DNA of 60,539 bases, filler included, from Nemertoderma westbladi (GCA_032718475.1; 3 parts of 3 records of this genome joined end to end with filler, not necessarily neighbours in it), one strand, 5' to 3'. Counted from the first letter of the whole stretch, positions 38,340 to 50,149 are shown. Notes: a model not told the origin generated them from the letters alone. Numbers and translations are program-made.

Positions 38340-39650
38340 CGTTAATTCAGCAATAAATTATTTTAGAGATTCCAAGAGGACCTTAATAAGGCAAAGAAAG
38401 AGAGCCTGCCCAACAGACTACAGTGGTCAATGATGCGGCTAAGGCAGCGGTTAAGGCTGCATCATGTACCCTGAACAGGCAGTACACTGATAATCTACAG
38501 GAGCTTATCAACCAGCAGGTTGATGCTATCAATAATGCCAATGACAGCAGGCAATCATCCCAGGCATGGAAATATTTCAACTTGCTGACTGGATGATGGA
38601 GCTCATTGAGGCTCTTAGAAGGATAATTGAAGACTTGACAGACATTTTGAAGTTGCCATTGTTACCACCAAGGTTAAGGAAGAATCACCAGCCAATCGCC
38701 TCAATGGTTGGAAGGCCCAGTTTGAAAAGCTCCTAAACAATGCAATGTCAGGATATTGCCTGATAACATTATAGAAGTAAAAGTGTCCGAGTCTTTACTC
38801 CAAGATATTCCAATTGGCGATATCTCCTCAAGTTGTATCTCCTCAAGTCAAGGGTAATAAGACCATCATGCCAGTGGAGTCGATAGTGTCCCCCCTGAGG
38901 TCTTTAAAATACCTGAGTGTTCTTGTGTCCCACAAGAAATGAAAACAAATACGTTGGTGCCAGTGTTGATAAAGATATTGAAACGATGGAGCTCATTGTG
39001 GCTCTTAGAAGGATAATTGAAGAGTTGACAGACATTTGGAAGTTGCCATTGTAGGCTACTTTAATGACTTCGATTCTGTCTCCTGCTCAAGTATATCAGC
39101 ATGCTTGCAGCATATGGGATTTCTGAAGAAATTATTATAACAACTTACTGTTAGACGACATATGTGTCTACTGCTGATGATGAAACAGATCAAATTGAAG
39201 TTTTTGGGAGAGGTGCATAATTGCACCATTCATATTCATAATTGTGGTATATTATGTTCTCTCGAATGTCCGGGTGGTGATGGTAACACCTCCTAATAAT
39301 AATAATGGCTCCAGAAGTTAAGGAAATGCACCCAAGCACCTGATCTAGACTTTGCTGATCACTTAGGAGTACTCTCGGTATCACTAGAAGGAGCCCAATG
39401 GCTCCTCAGCTCATTAGAACAAACTGCTTCTAGTGTTGGTATTTTTGTTAACTATAAAAAGACCAACAGTTTTACAGTTCAGTTTAACAGTCCTCAGGAA
39501 CTGATCGTACGAGCATAAGCCCTATGGATGGTGTGCTTGAGTTTGTGGATGGCTTTCTTGATACACCCCTTAAAGGACACTGGCTTTGAAGATGCGGATA
39601 TTCCTGCGAGCGAAAGTTTTTGGTGATAGGGAGTTTTGGCTACGTAATTA
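38340..39650 (+). mobile_element. Old, rearranged RTE LINE copy directly upstream of Src
   Basis: Patchy homology to 40200-42040 reversed, with deletions and an internal duplication (38593-38660 vs 38984-39051). Confidence 0.8.
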
Positions 39651-40096
39651 ATCCGGCATATATTTATTAAATGCATTCTAAAATGCAATATACTGATTAT
39701 ATATTGAAATAGGAAGTACAAGTAACAACCTATCATCGGTTTTCACGCATAATAATTACCAAAATATTATATACAATATTTTTCTGTAAACTTCTCACAG
39801 TAATCAATACTTTTACTTATAATATTATTTATGGAGTAAAAATACCTAAAAATTCAGTAATTTGTGCTTAAAGTACCACTTTATATTGTGATAATCCTAA
39901 TGGATTATTGATGCACCAACGATCGTTTAGTGAGTGAGTGCAAATAGGAACATCAGAACATGGTTTTACTACTGCTTTTCGAACTGTTTTATGTAGGCCT
40001 ATATTATGTAGAAGTACTGGTACATTGTACGTCAGTATTACATAATATTACGTTTTTTTTTTATGTATCACTACTTTAAAGGGGGAATTACATGGC

Positions 40097-42083
40097 TACT
40101 ACTAGGATCGGCATGCTGCATTGCAGCTGCATTTTTAAGAATGCTGTGCCGGCTTGTCAACAAAATTGCACCGCCACAACTCCCTATCACCCATGACATT
40201 TGCTAGATCATCCGCATCTTTAAGGCCAGTGTCCTTTAAGATGCGTCTCAAGAAAGTCATGGGCTGTCCACCATGCTTATTCACTCCATGAGGCTGCCAA
40301 AGTACAAGATTATGCACTGGCTGGTCCTCACGGCGAAAGCAATGTCCTGCAAAGCGGAGGCGATTTTGTTCTAGTGTCAAGCTTGGGGGAACCAATGAGA
40401 CACCTCCAATGTTATATAGTGTCTGGTTGGAGATGTGTGCATTGTACTTGACACAATGAACCCGGTGTAGCATTCTTGTGAATGTGCCATCCAGAGATTT
40501 GGTGTCCTCAGCAGTTAGAGCCCAGCATGGACTCCCATAGAGGAGTACTGGAACTACTGCTGCTCTAAATAATCGGACCTTAAGTTTCCGATTAATTCTC
40601 GGTGACTTCCAAATCCTGGAAAGCCTATTCAAGGCTGCCCATGCCTTTCCCTTACGTATTCGAAGGTCCTCACCTGACTTCCGGATCCATGATCCCAGGT
40701 AACAGAAGTCGTCCACATGCTCGAGCATACCATCCTTTGAGCTTATGCTCATCCGATCAGAGACTTGCTGAGGACTTTCAAAGTTAACTGTCAGAATTTT
40801 GGTCTTTCTGGAGTTAATAAAAAGACCAACACTAGAAGCAGCATGTTCTAATGAGCTGAGGAGCCGTTGGGCTCCCTCTAATGATTCTGAGAGTACTCCT
40901 AAGTCATCAGCAAAGTCTAGATCAGTTAGGTACTTGGCAGGATTTCCTCGACTTCTGGAGCCAGTAGGTGGAGTTATCATCACCCCATCATCATTATGAT
41001 GATCTAAGGACATGCGTAGAACATAGTCAACCACAATAATGAACAAGAATGGTGCAAGTGTGTCTCCTTGGAGGACGCCCCATAACACTTCAAATGGTTC
41101 TGTGTCACCGTCAACAGTAGACACAAATGTTGTCGAACCATCATATACTGATCTGATTGCTGCAATAATTTCATCAGGAATCCCATATAATGAAAGTATG
41201 CTGAACATACGTGAGCGAGAGACTGAATCAAAGGCCTTGAAGAAGTCAACAAAGATAACAGCCAGATGCCTGTCTTTCTTTTTTGATAATTCTTCAATTA
41301 TCCTTCTAAGTGCCAAAATGGGCTCCATGGTCCCACGACCTTTACGGAACCCATTCTGATTTCCACGGAGCAGTCTCTCAATGGGATCCCTGATGCGATT
41401 TAATAGAATCCTATTGTATAGCTTTGCAGCAATCGAGATCAATGAGATTCCCCGAAAAGAACCATAGAGTGTTAGGTTGCCCTTCTTGGGAACTGGCACC
41501 AACTTATTTGTTTTCATTTCTTGTGGGACTCTTGTTGTACGGTACATGTCTACTATGATGGGATAGATGAGCTTTAAACACTCAGGTATTTTAAAGACCT
41601 CAGGGGGAACACCATCTACTCCACTGGCACGATTGGTCTTAATGCTCTTTGCAGCAGCCTTCACTTCTGCAAAGGAGATATCGCCAATGGGAATATCTGG
41701 GAGTACAGACTCAGACACCTTTACTTCTATAAAGTTATCAGGCAATACCCTGTCATTATTGAGGAGCTTTTCAAAGTGGGCTTTCCAACCATTGAGGCGA
41801 TCGGCTGGTGATTCAGCCTTAACCTTGGTGGTTGGTTGGCTTTTCCGCCCAGTAAGCAGATTGATCGATTTCCATGCCTGGGATGATTGCCTGCTGTCGT
41901 CAGCATCATTGATGGCATCAACCTGTTGGTTTATTAGCTCCTGTAGATTAACAGAGTACTGCCTGTTCAGGGACCTAGATGCAGCCTTAACTGCATTCTT
42001 GGCCGCTGTAGTCTGTTTGAGTCGGGACTCTTTCTGCGCCTTGCACGGCCATACAACACATATACATTACACGGCCATATAAC
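40097..42083 (-). mobile_element. Young 5'-truncated RTE LINE
   Basis: (TAG)n tail; 10-bp TSD ATTACATGGC (40087-40096, 42084-42093). Confidence 0.92.
40135..41745 (-). CDS. RTE reverse transcriptase (C-terminal part of ORF)
   Basis: Intact motifs FRGISL, QNGFR, FVDFFKAFDSV, GVLQGDTLAPFLF, LDFADD, YLGS. Confidence 0.92.
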   Translation of the reverse strand: MPDNFIEVKVSESVLPDIPIGDISFAEVKAAAKSIKTNRASGVDGVPPEVFKIPECLKLIYPIIVDMYRTTRVPQEMKTNKLVPVPKKGNLTLYGSFRGISLISIAAKLYNRILLNRIRDPIERLLRGNQNGFRKGRGTMEPILALRRIIEELSKKKDRHLAVIFVDFFKAFDSVSRSRMFSILSLYGIPDEIIAAIRSVYDGSTTFVSTVDGDTEPFEVLWGVLQGDTLAPFLFIIVVDYVLRMSLDHHNDDGVMITPPTGSRSRGNPAKYLTDLDFADDLGVLSESLEGAQRLLSSLEHAASSVGLFINSRKTKILTVNFESPQQVSDRMSISSKDGMLEHVDDFCYLGSWIRKSGEDLRIRKGKAWAALNRLSRIWKSPRINRKLKVRLFRAAVVPVLLYGSPCWALTAEDTKSLDGTFTRMLHRVHCVKYNAHISNQTLYNIGGVSLVPPSLTLEQNRLRFAGHCFRREDQPVHNLVLWQPHGVNKHGGQPMTFLRRILKDTGLKDADDLANVMGDRELWRCNFVDKPAQHS

Positions 42084-42220
42084 ATTACATGGCCATACAG
42101 TAGTAGTGTTGCTAAAACTTTGTCAAAAACTTATGTAATATTTCTAATATATAAATATTAAATCTTGTATAGTATTTATTATATATTTACGTGTTTATAT
42201 AATGTATGGTATAATTGTGA

Positions 42221-42442
42221 TAGGGAAATTACACAGAGTTAGTTATAAGCTGTCAGTCTAAAGTACAAATATAAGGTTGAATTAAAGTAAAATTAGAATT
42301 GGGAAAAGCTGATAAGGTAAAATCCCAGGAAGGTAATGTGTCTACTCTACATATGTAATGGTATAATTGGATTAGGTAACATTCAACCTTATATTGGTAC
42401 TTTAGACTGACAACTTATAACTAACTCTGTGTATTTTCCCTA
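42221..42442. mobile_element. Small hairpin MITE
   Basis: ~62-bp inverted arms TAGGGAAATTACACAGAG...AAGGTTGAAT, bounded by TA. Confidence 0.7.
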
Positions 42443-42459
42443 TATAGATGATAGAAAAA

Positions 42460-42550
42460 AAATATAAAGTATTGAGGGTCTTTAGCTGGTTATATTATAT
42501 TAATTAAAGATACAATAGTAAACGTTTTCGACCTACCGGTCTGCATCCTG
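42460..42550 (-). mobile_element. Penelope-like pLTR fragment
   Basis: Near-identical to 43750-43838. Confidence 0.5.
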
Positions 42551-43749
42551 ATCTCTCTCCTCTCCATACTTCTTCTTTAAAAATTTGATTGGAAATGCCC
42601 TATCAGAGCCTTTTTATATCAATCAACCTTTTTGTTCTAAAAAGGCTCCAGAGCACTTGAGGCAAAATTTGTTCAGAATAATTGGATGCAGGGTGCTTCT
42701 GAACTTATATTCCAAATGTCGACAAATTTCAACAAATATTGGTGGAGAAATAGCCCTTGGCGCAAAACGGCACTTTTGGCCATTACAGAGCCATTTTGGG
42801 GCCGATTTTAAAAATATTTGGTTTGGTTATTCTTACACATTCCAGACGATGTTTAGTAGTACAAAAAATAATTTTCACCCAATTTTGGGGTCCAGAGACA
42901 CAAAAATGTGAGGTTCTTTTTGGGGGTGCTACCCCCCCCCCCCCCCCTTAAAACAATAAACATGTCAGCCTGCTCATAAGTCATGATTCATTCTACACTT
43001 TTCTGTAATTATGCCCAACAGTATATTGTTCAACTCACAATCAACTCACAATCTAATCAACTCACAACAATTGAATCATCAAATCCCTGATCATCATTTT
43101 TTGGGTTTTCTAATAGTTTTGTACAAGCCATAAGCTGACAAGAATTAGTACCGTATTAGTCAGACTCAGAACATTAAAGAATTTATAATTATATGTGGCG
43201 AATTGACAGTCCCTAAAATCTGGGGCGAACCGACTTGGGCGAATAGGTCGAGGGACAAATCGACCCGCACCCATAAAGTATTAATAATAATAATAACAGG
43301 AGATAATATCTTTTAACAGGAGTAGGAATAACCAGCCAGACAGGGAGGGAGGCCAGGTAATTTCACTGGCTAGCTGGAAATAATATAAATGATAGAAAAA
43401 ATATATTGATTGATATGATTGATTGATATGAGCCCGTACGGAGGGACTTTGAGGCGCAGCCAGCAAATATTAATAGTCATTACGCATCATTCATAGCCCA
43501 TGTGTATTCTAAAATTTACCTTCGATATCTGCCGTAAAAAATAAATGTTTTTTGTCCTTATTATTCGGGAAGTAGTGTTTGGTTTTTGCTTGTATTTATA
43601 CATATTAGGGTATATGTTATTATATTATTATATGTATATATTATGATAAATAATAATATGTATATATTATATTATTATATGTTATTATATATGTTTTTAC
43701 TGAAGATCGAAGGTCGAAGATTTATACCGAAGATTTATATCGAAGATTT

Positions 43750-43980
43750 ATATAAAGTATGGAGGGTCTTTAGCTGGTTATATTATATTAATTAAAGATA
43801 CAATATAGTAAACATTTTCGACCTACCAGTCTGCATCAGAATATGGTAGGTCGAAAACGTTTACTATTGTATCTTTATTTACTATATAATATAACCATCT
43901 AAAGACCCTCAATACTTTATATATTTTTTCTTTCATCTCTATACTATGCTACCGCTGGTGAATGCCTACCACTTCATCCG
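43750..43980. mobile_element. Inverted pair of Penelope-like pLTR fragments
   Basis: ~80-bp arms 43750-43829 and 43844-43923 around a CTGATG..GAC..GTCGAAAAC motif. Confidence 0.55.
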
Positions 43981-44244
43981 TTCATGGAAATACTATTATA
44001 TACAAATCTTGTCCTACAGTAGTTCCATCCCCACCCCAGTCAACCAACCATCCAAATTCACCTACTGCTGCTGCCAGCCTAGAAGAATTATGCTATCAGT
44101 GAACTATCTGTTGACCAATAACTGAGTAGCATTTAATATGCTTAAAATTTTTATGCCGTTTTTTATAACTTTAGATCAATTAAAGACACATTTATTAAAG
44201 CAAATCACTTGAGCTAATTAAAAACTATAATGGAATGGGGTATG

Positions 44245-44861
44245 TGTGATGGGATCCGAGTTGGCGAGGATCCTGACCGGGTTGTGTGTCGCGGCTTATA
44301 CGCATCGCGGCGTGCTGAAGGCTTGGGGCAGAAAGCCTTTCAGCCCCAAGCCTTCAGCACAAACTGAAAACTCTTCTGAAACTGAAAACTTCATAAACTG
44401 AATTAATAACTGAATGTTAATATAATGTCGGATACTTGAGCACCGGTAATACAGCACAATAATAACAGAAATGGCCATGGTTGAAAACCGTTTGACTTCT
44501 ACACTCAATATAGCCAACTGAGGCACAATTAACAGAGTAACGGTTATATATTATTACATGGGATACACATTCCTATCTATGTGTGGCCTACCAATGCATG
44601 CACGATAATTAATGGTAAACCGCCCCACCATTGGTTGATCTTTTCTCTCCCTGGCCAATCCCATTTTCCCCTGGCCTTATGCTAGCTTCCCCCCGAGATG
44701 AGCTAATATGCTGGCATCTCTCTCTCACTGGCAATGTATATTGCCCTGGTGTGCTTGGTAGGCGATATTATATTGGTAATATCGCCTATCCAATTATGAT
44801 TCGTGAATCATTCCTTTCCCCATTTTCCACTGGGTGGTGCAGCGAATTGGATCAACTAACA
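44245..44861 (-). repeat. 3' LTR (617 bp, TG...CA)
   Basis: TGTGATGGG...CTAACA; matches 53472-53792. Confidence 0.9.
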
Positions 44862-44871
44862 CTCCCCCCTC
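44862..44871 (-). promoter_or_regulatory. Polypurine tract GAGGGGGGAG, embedded in a hairpin
   Basis: Immediately precedes the TGT of the 3' LTR on minus. Confidence 0.85.
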
Positions 44872-45764
44872 ATGCTATCTTCTCACCAGGAAGATAGCAT
44901 GAGGGGGGAGTGTATCAACCTATAGTGCGCTCCAATTCTGCTGGAATCCAATCTAGTATTGGATGTGGGGTGGAATTATTTTCTTGGGGCCAGCTTTCCA
45001 GACTGGCCCCTCTGGGTCTGTTCTCACTACCCACACTTGGTACATCTGCGAGCTAAGTTGTACCAAGATATTTGGCATTTCTATTTAGACGATTGCCCTT
45101 TCTCCTTACTTAATTTTTCTAACCTGGACACTATCGTCCAATCTCCTCACCTCACTAGTCCCATAGGACTTATCCTCCACTTTGCTCGCCCCCTCCCCCC
45201 CCCACACTTGGATCTCGCACTCTTAACCTTCCCCCAAACTCCCGCACCTTCTCCCCATACTCCTCTCATATTCAACCCCATTTTATTCTCACTCTACACT
45301 CCTGTCGGGTCTCATGCATGTGTACACCATGTAAGTGAGTTCCATCATTGTCTCATCCTCCTGCTTCAGTCAATTAGTCCCCAGTCCCAGTAGCTAATTG
45401 GAAAAGGTTATATATCTGACTATAGTATGTATATTATATTCTTCCTATGTCTACATATTGCACTGATTAGTTACGTACATATATATGTATTGATTGCACT
45501 TATATGAAAGGTGTGGACCTTGAGTTATTAGTCCACTTCAGCCCTCACGGTGACTTCCAGGCACATCAACACCATCCGTAACCAGTCCTAGAGTCCCCCT
45601 CCTGTTCCATCTGGAAACCATCTCATCTCCTTGCCCCTATCATCGTCCTGTCTCGGGCATTTCTTTTTCTCCTGTTCGTTCTTCAGGGCACTCATCCGCA
45701 CCGATACAGCTTTGCCAACCACTGTTGTTGGATCCCTGGGTGCGGCCATTATCATTTCGCGGTA

Positions 45765-46118
45765 TCATTTTGCTGGCGGTCCCACTGATTGTCCCTCCTG
45801 CTTTCCTCTGGTAGCATCCCACATGATGATCTTCATGCCACGCGGTATATGCTCCGCTAGAAAGCCCCTGAACACCATCCTATTCTCCAGCGACCACCTG
45901 TCGAGGTACCTTTGGGTGTTAATAACCCCTCCATGTGATGCTGCCATCACTACCTCCTGGTAGGTGAATGGCAGTCTCCTCCTGGTAATCTCCTGGTGGG
46001 CCTGCTGGTTGATGTTAAAGAACCCCCACCTGAACTCCTGGGCCTTCATCCTCTGTCTGGTCATGACTCCGACGTTGGCCCAGTCTTCATAGATACAGAA
46101 TTTCTCCTCGTCATCCAT
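45765..46118 (-). CDS. Orphan accessory ORF of the LTR element (117 aa)
   Basis: ATG-initiated, sense to the element; no family recognised. Confidence 0.4.
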   Translation of the reverse strand: MDDEEKFCIYEDWANVGVMTRQRMKAQEFRWGFFNINQQAHQEITRRRLPFTYQEVVMAASHGGVINTQRYLDRWSLENRMVFRGFLAEHIPRGMKIIMWDATRGKQEGQSVGPPAK

Positions 46119-46471
46119 CCAGTTGCACTGCGCTCGAAATGCCCCCTAAATCGGCACTTGCTACATCTATGATGTAGCCTCGGGCACGCGCCCATCCTAT
46201 GGGTAGACTCGTGGCAGTATAGACAGACATGTCGCTCCCTTTTGGTAGCGATACAGACAATTCTTCTGCTGGTGGGTTAGCGTCCCACAATAGTCACAAC
46301 CGTCTATCAAGGTCTGCCACCCAAACTCATCTCATCCTCCAGCCGAAACTCACCCGAGGCCTCCGAGCCCCACCTCAACTCATCCCAATCCTGGGTCTCG
46401 AATTCGTATTCCCCTCCTCTTATATTTGCCTCTCTACATGCTGCATCTCTCCTCTCTTTCCTAGTGGCCTC

Positions 46472-46876
46472 TTATAGCTTTCTTTCCACCTCTCTATCCA
46501 CCTCGCATTTCTTCCATTGTCTATACAGTGTGTCTAATTCTCTGTTCACCAGATGACGGGTATTGTAATACACTGACTTGCCCTTCTGCCATGGGTGGTC
46601 TACAAGACCTTCTAAAGCAGTTTTAAAGGCCCTTCTTTGGTTCAGAGTTCCTCCCATCAGTAGAAATGCCGTCGGCTCCCTGCCGATAACCACCATTATG
46701 AATAGGTTCACCAACCCTATTATTATCCAGTCCGCATGTAAGATATACTTCTTCTGGTATGTCTTAATCGCCCCCTTTCGGAAGTGATATAACTCGTCCC
46801 TTCCCAGTCTTTCCCCCCAATTGAGTAAACTTGCCAGTTCCGCCCCATACTCCTCTTGGAACTTGTTCCACTCCAT
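46472..46876 (-). CDS. Orphan accessory ORF of the LTR element (134 aa, one hydrophobic segment)
   Basis: Sense to the element; WIIIGLVNLFIMVVIG segment. Confidence 0.4.
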   Translation of the reverse strand: MEWNKFQEEYGAELASLLNWGERLGRDELYHFRKGAIKTYQKKYILHADWIIIGLVNLFIMVVIGREPTAFLLMGGTLNQRRAFKTALEGLVDHPWQKGKSVYYNTRHLVNRELDTLYRQWKKCEVDREVERKL

Positions 46877-48139
46877 CGGTTTGTGGCATACGAGTCACAT
46901 CAACTGACCCATCATCACGGCTCCATATTGTCCCATGTTATCCACCAGTCCCAATCCATCAGGTTTCTTCATAGCCATGTAGACTACCTGCATATCCAGA
47001 AGATTCGGGGTGTTCGGTCCAATAATCCTCTAGGCGTCGTCGCGTATTGCCGATCCAATCTTGATCATAGTCTTTGATCTCACTAACATCTGCACCACAT
47101 CCGGTAGACGATTCAGCTTTGGTCCGCTCTTCTTACCACTAGGTCCCTAGGTCAAACAGAAAAGTATCTCCATTTGGCACCTATAAGTGCAGCAATATAG
47201 TTCTACCCGATCCCCCTGACCCCTTTCTTGTCCCACCATCATCCTCTACAGTCCCCTCTTTCACCTAGGACCATATATCCAACCCTCTCTATGGAATTGA
47301 CAAACTTCATCCACTCTTTCTTAGGTGGTTCCCTTGCATACTTCCCCAAAGGTATCCCAAATGTTCCTTCGTCCCCTTTAACAATGTAACGAAGATGTTC
47401 ATTGGCCGTGTTATCCAACGTCGGTGTCCCGTAGGTCCGGACTAATCATCGTTCGTGCATCTCCCTAAACTGATCTTGTAACACGTGTGCTTTCTCACTG
47501 TTGGAAGTCGTTTGTAGTATTCCCTCGTCTTGTTCTCCGGATGTCTTAATGTGAAATCCACCAGTAGCTCTTTCTTGCTCTTCCCCGACTTCCTCTTCTT
47601 GACTAGCTTCTCTGCCATCCTGATTTTCCTCTCTCACCAAACTGGTGGTGCCTTTCAAAGGCTCAGTAGGGCAAGAGATAACTAATTTCAGTTCTAATTA
47701 GTGTTCAATCAGTGATGGTCTACCTTCTGTTCAGCTTTTATCTACCTTTTTCTACAAATATTCCCCCTTATACGCAAATTTTCCCCAATTTTGTAATTTT
47801 GTCCGTTACCCTTTAATTATGTTTCTAGAATTTCCTAGTTCTCAGTTGCTATGATTTTTTATTCTGCCATAATCGTCTACTTACAACCTATTGCTCATCT
47901 ACTGCTCAATTACTACTTAAGTAATTCATCACTACTTGTTTACAGAAAAGACTAGCTACAACTTTCCTATTGTTATACTAGCTTTCTACCAGACAGCCTT
48001 CTGGGTCTGTAACAATACTCTAAGTCATCACTCTGGGCAATGCGCTATAGTAGTCTAGTAGTGGCCTACACTGTATGTTCTACCATGCCTACATATCCCC
48101 CTCAACTCCCCACGTGGCGCCCTCAGTGCACACTATAGC

Positions 48140-48575
48140 CCATATTACATACTATTATTGGTCCCATTGACCCGGTGTTAGTACTTATTACGTATGTTAG
48201 CACATTGTGCTCATTAGACGTACGCAATGTGTACCCATCTAATCCTAAGTGTGGTACTATGTACCCTTCTAATCCTACTACAGTACATATTATGTACTAT
48301 TATTGGTCCCATTGACCCGGCATTAGAGCATATGTAATTATGTATGTTAGTACAAGTGTACTCATCAGACGTACGTAATTGTAACTACCTACTCCTAAAT
48401 ATCATGTATGTTGGTACAGGTGTTCTCATCAGATGCATGTATGTACGTTAGTACATTTGTACCCATCGGATATATGTAATGTTCATCTAAACTAAATAAT
48501 AATATGTACGTTGGTACAAGAATACTCATCAGACGTATGTATGTACGTTAGTACCCATCAGATGAACGTAATTAT
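48140..48575 (-). repeat. Array of ~6 hairpin modules with CTGATG(A/G) core
   Basis: Plus-strand units gtatgttagtac..gtactcatcagacgtacg at ~48188, 48338, 48405, 48440, 48504, 48540. Confidence 0.7.
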
Positions 48576-49559
48576 ATTTTTTATTTTATTATTTTGTGTT
48601 TTTTTGTGTGGGAAGGGCGTTTTGCCCTCATTCCTAGCCCAATCAGTCCAATTTATTGGATGACTCAACTAATTAGGGTATTTCCTCTAATAGGCAACAC
48701 TTTCCTACCACCCTCCTATAGGTCTTCCTATCCTTCACCCCAATCTTTCCTCCGATTCTAACCTCTACAGATCTAACCTTCCCCTCTCCCCCAGTCTAAG
48801 ATCCGACCTTCTCGTTACCTCACAGAACTCTCCATTGTCCCCTGGCAGCAGAATGCCACCCTTCAACTTGTCATCACTTGGCAGCAGAATGCCACCCTTC
48901 ATCTTATCGTCACTGGTAAATCCCGCCTCTGCTGGACTCCCTATCAATATGTGCGCCATCGTTAAAGCCCCCGATGACCCTTGGTCATCATTCAGTACAC
49001 AAAATTGTTTATCATTTAATGCCCCCTCGCACTCTGCCAGCCCCGTGCTCAACACGTCTCCTCTAACTTCCCTGTTTCCATCACCCTTCATCACCAGCTC
49101 CTCTCACTTTGGATCAACCTTCTTATGTGTCTTCCTTTTCCTCCTTATCTTCTTATTCAATCCACTCTTCCCCATCCTCGTACCGGACCAGCATCTCTTC
49201 CGGACATCTCTCCGGATATCTCGCAGTCCACTCTTTCCCATCCTCGTACTGATATTCACCAGGAACGTCTGTGTTCCATCCCATTACTTTTAGGTCATCT
49301 GCGTTGAACCCATTATCCTCCGACAACTACCTTGCTGTTGCTTCTCGTCCTGTCTCCTCTATCTGTGGTATTTCTCTGGACTTGTCCTCCACCCTTTCCA
49401 CTATGTGTGGTTCCAGATCCATACCCAGCCCCCGACGTACCCTTCCCCGGGCCGCTTCTCATATGGGATCTCCCCATCTCCCGTCTTTGACTTCTGCTCT
49501 ATGTCCTCAATGATACCAGACAGCATGCATCCAGATGTTTCAGGTGTGTGGAATGGAAT

Positions 49560-50085
49560 GCTGGACTTAATAGGCCCAGTAAGCGTCTATTTAAATGGCG
49601 TTAGGGTCACCACTGGGTCTCGCTCCTTATCGCTCCCGAATATTGTTTCTAGCCTCTCATGTCGGGCAATCCATCCCGACTATCAGAGACACTTTCAGCA
49701 TGTCGAGATCTGGTGTCGACAGGTCAATCGAGTCCAGGTGCCGATATTGCTCGATTTTAATCTTCGTCGGCCACCTGGCATTGATGTTTATGGATTGAGT
49801 AATACGTATAGGGTCTATAGTCCCTCCATAGTTGGAATCGGGAGTTACAGCCCCTATCCGACACCTTCCTGTTCTCATCAGAAGAATTTCATCCTTGGCG
49901 GATATGGTGGTGACCACCATCTTACTTGACCTTGTTTTTAATTGTAGCCTATCTGTTACCCAGCTTTCCATCAATGTGAATGCTGCCCCACTGTCGATCA
50001 ACATCAGTATTGTTACCGATCACCCGTTCTCTCCCATTATCCTTACTGGCACCACTCCCAGTAACACCGTTCCTCGTTTCTTAAA
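49560..50085 (-). pseudogene. BEL/Pao aspartic protease, disrupted
   Basis: TVLLGVVPVRI...MLIDSGAAFTLM...LIVGMD...PVVTLTPF..LTGP, with stops and a frameshift. Confidence 0.85.
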
Positions 50086-50149
50086 TTTCCCAGTACTCGT
50101 CGCCATTGTTTGGCCTCCAGTCTCATTGGTCTCAGCGTACTTCGATGGA

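Noticed and set aside
47230-47345. BEL integrase C-terminal (DUF5641) remnant
   Set aside because: Only a vague W...VG.MVL resemblance, with no flanking motifs.
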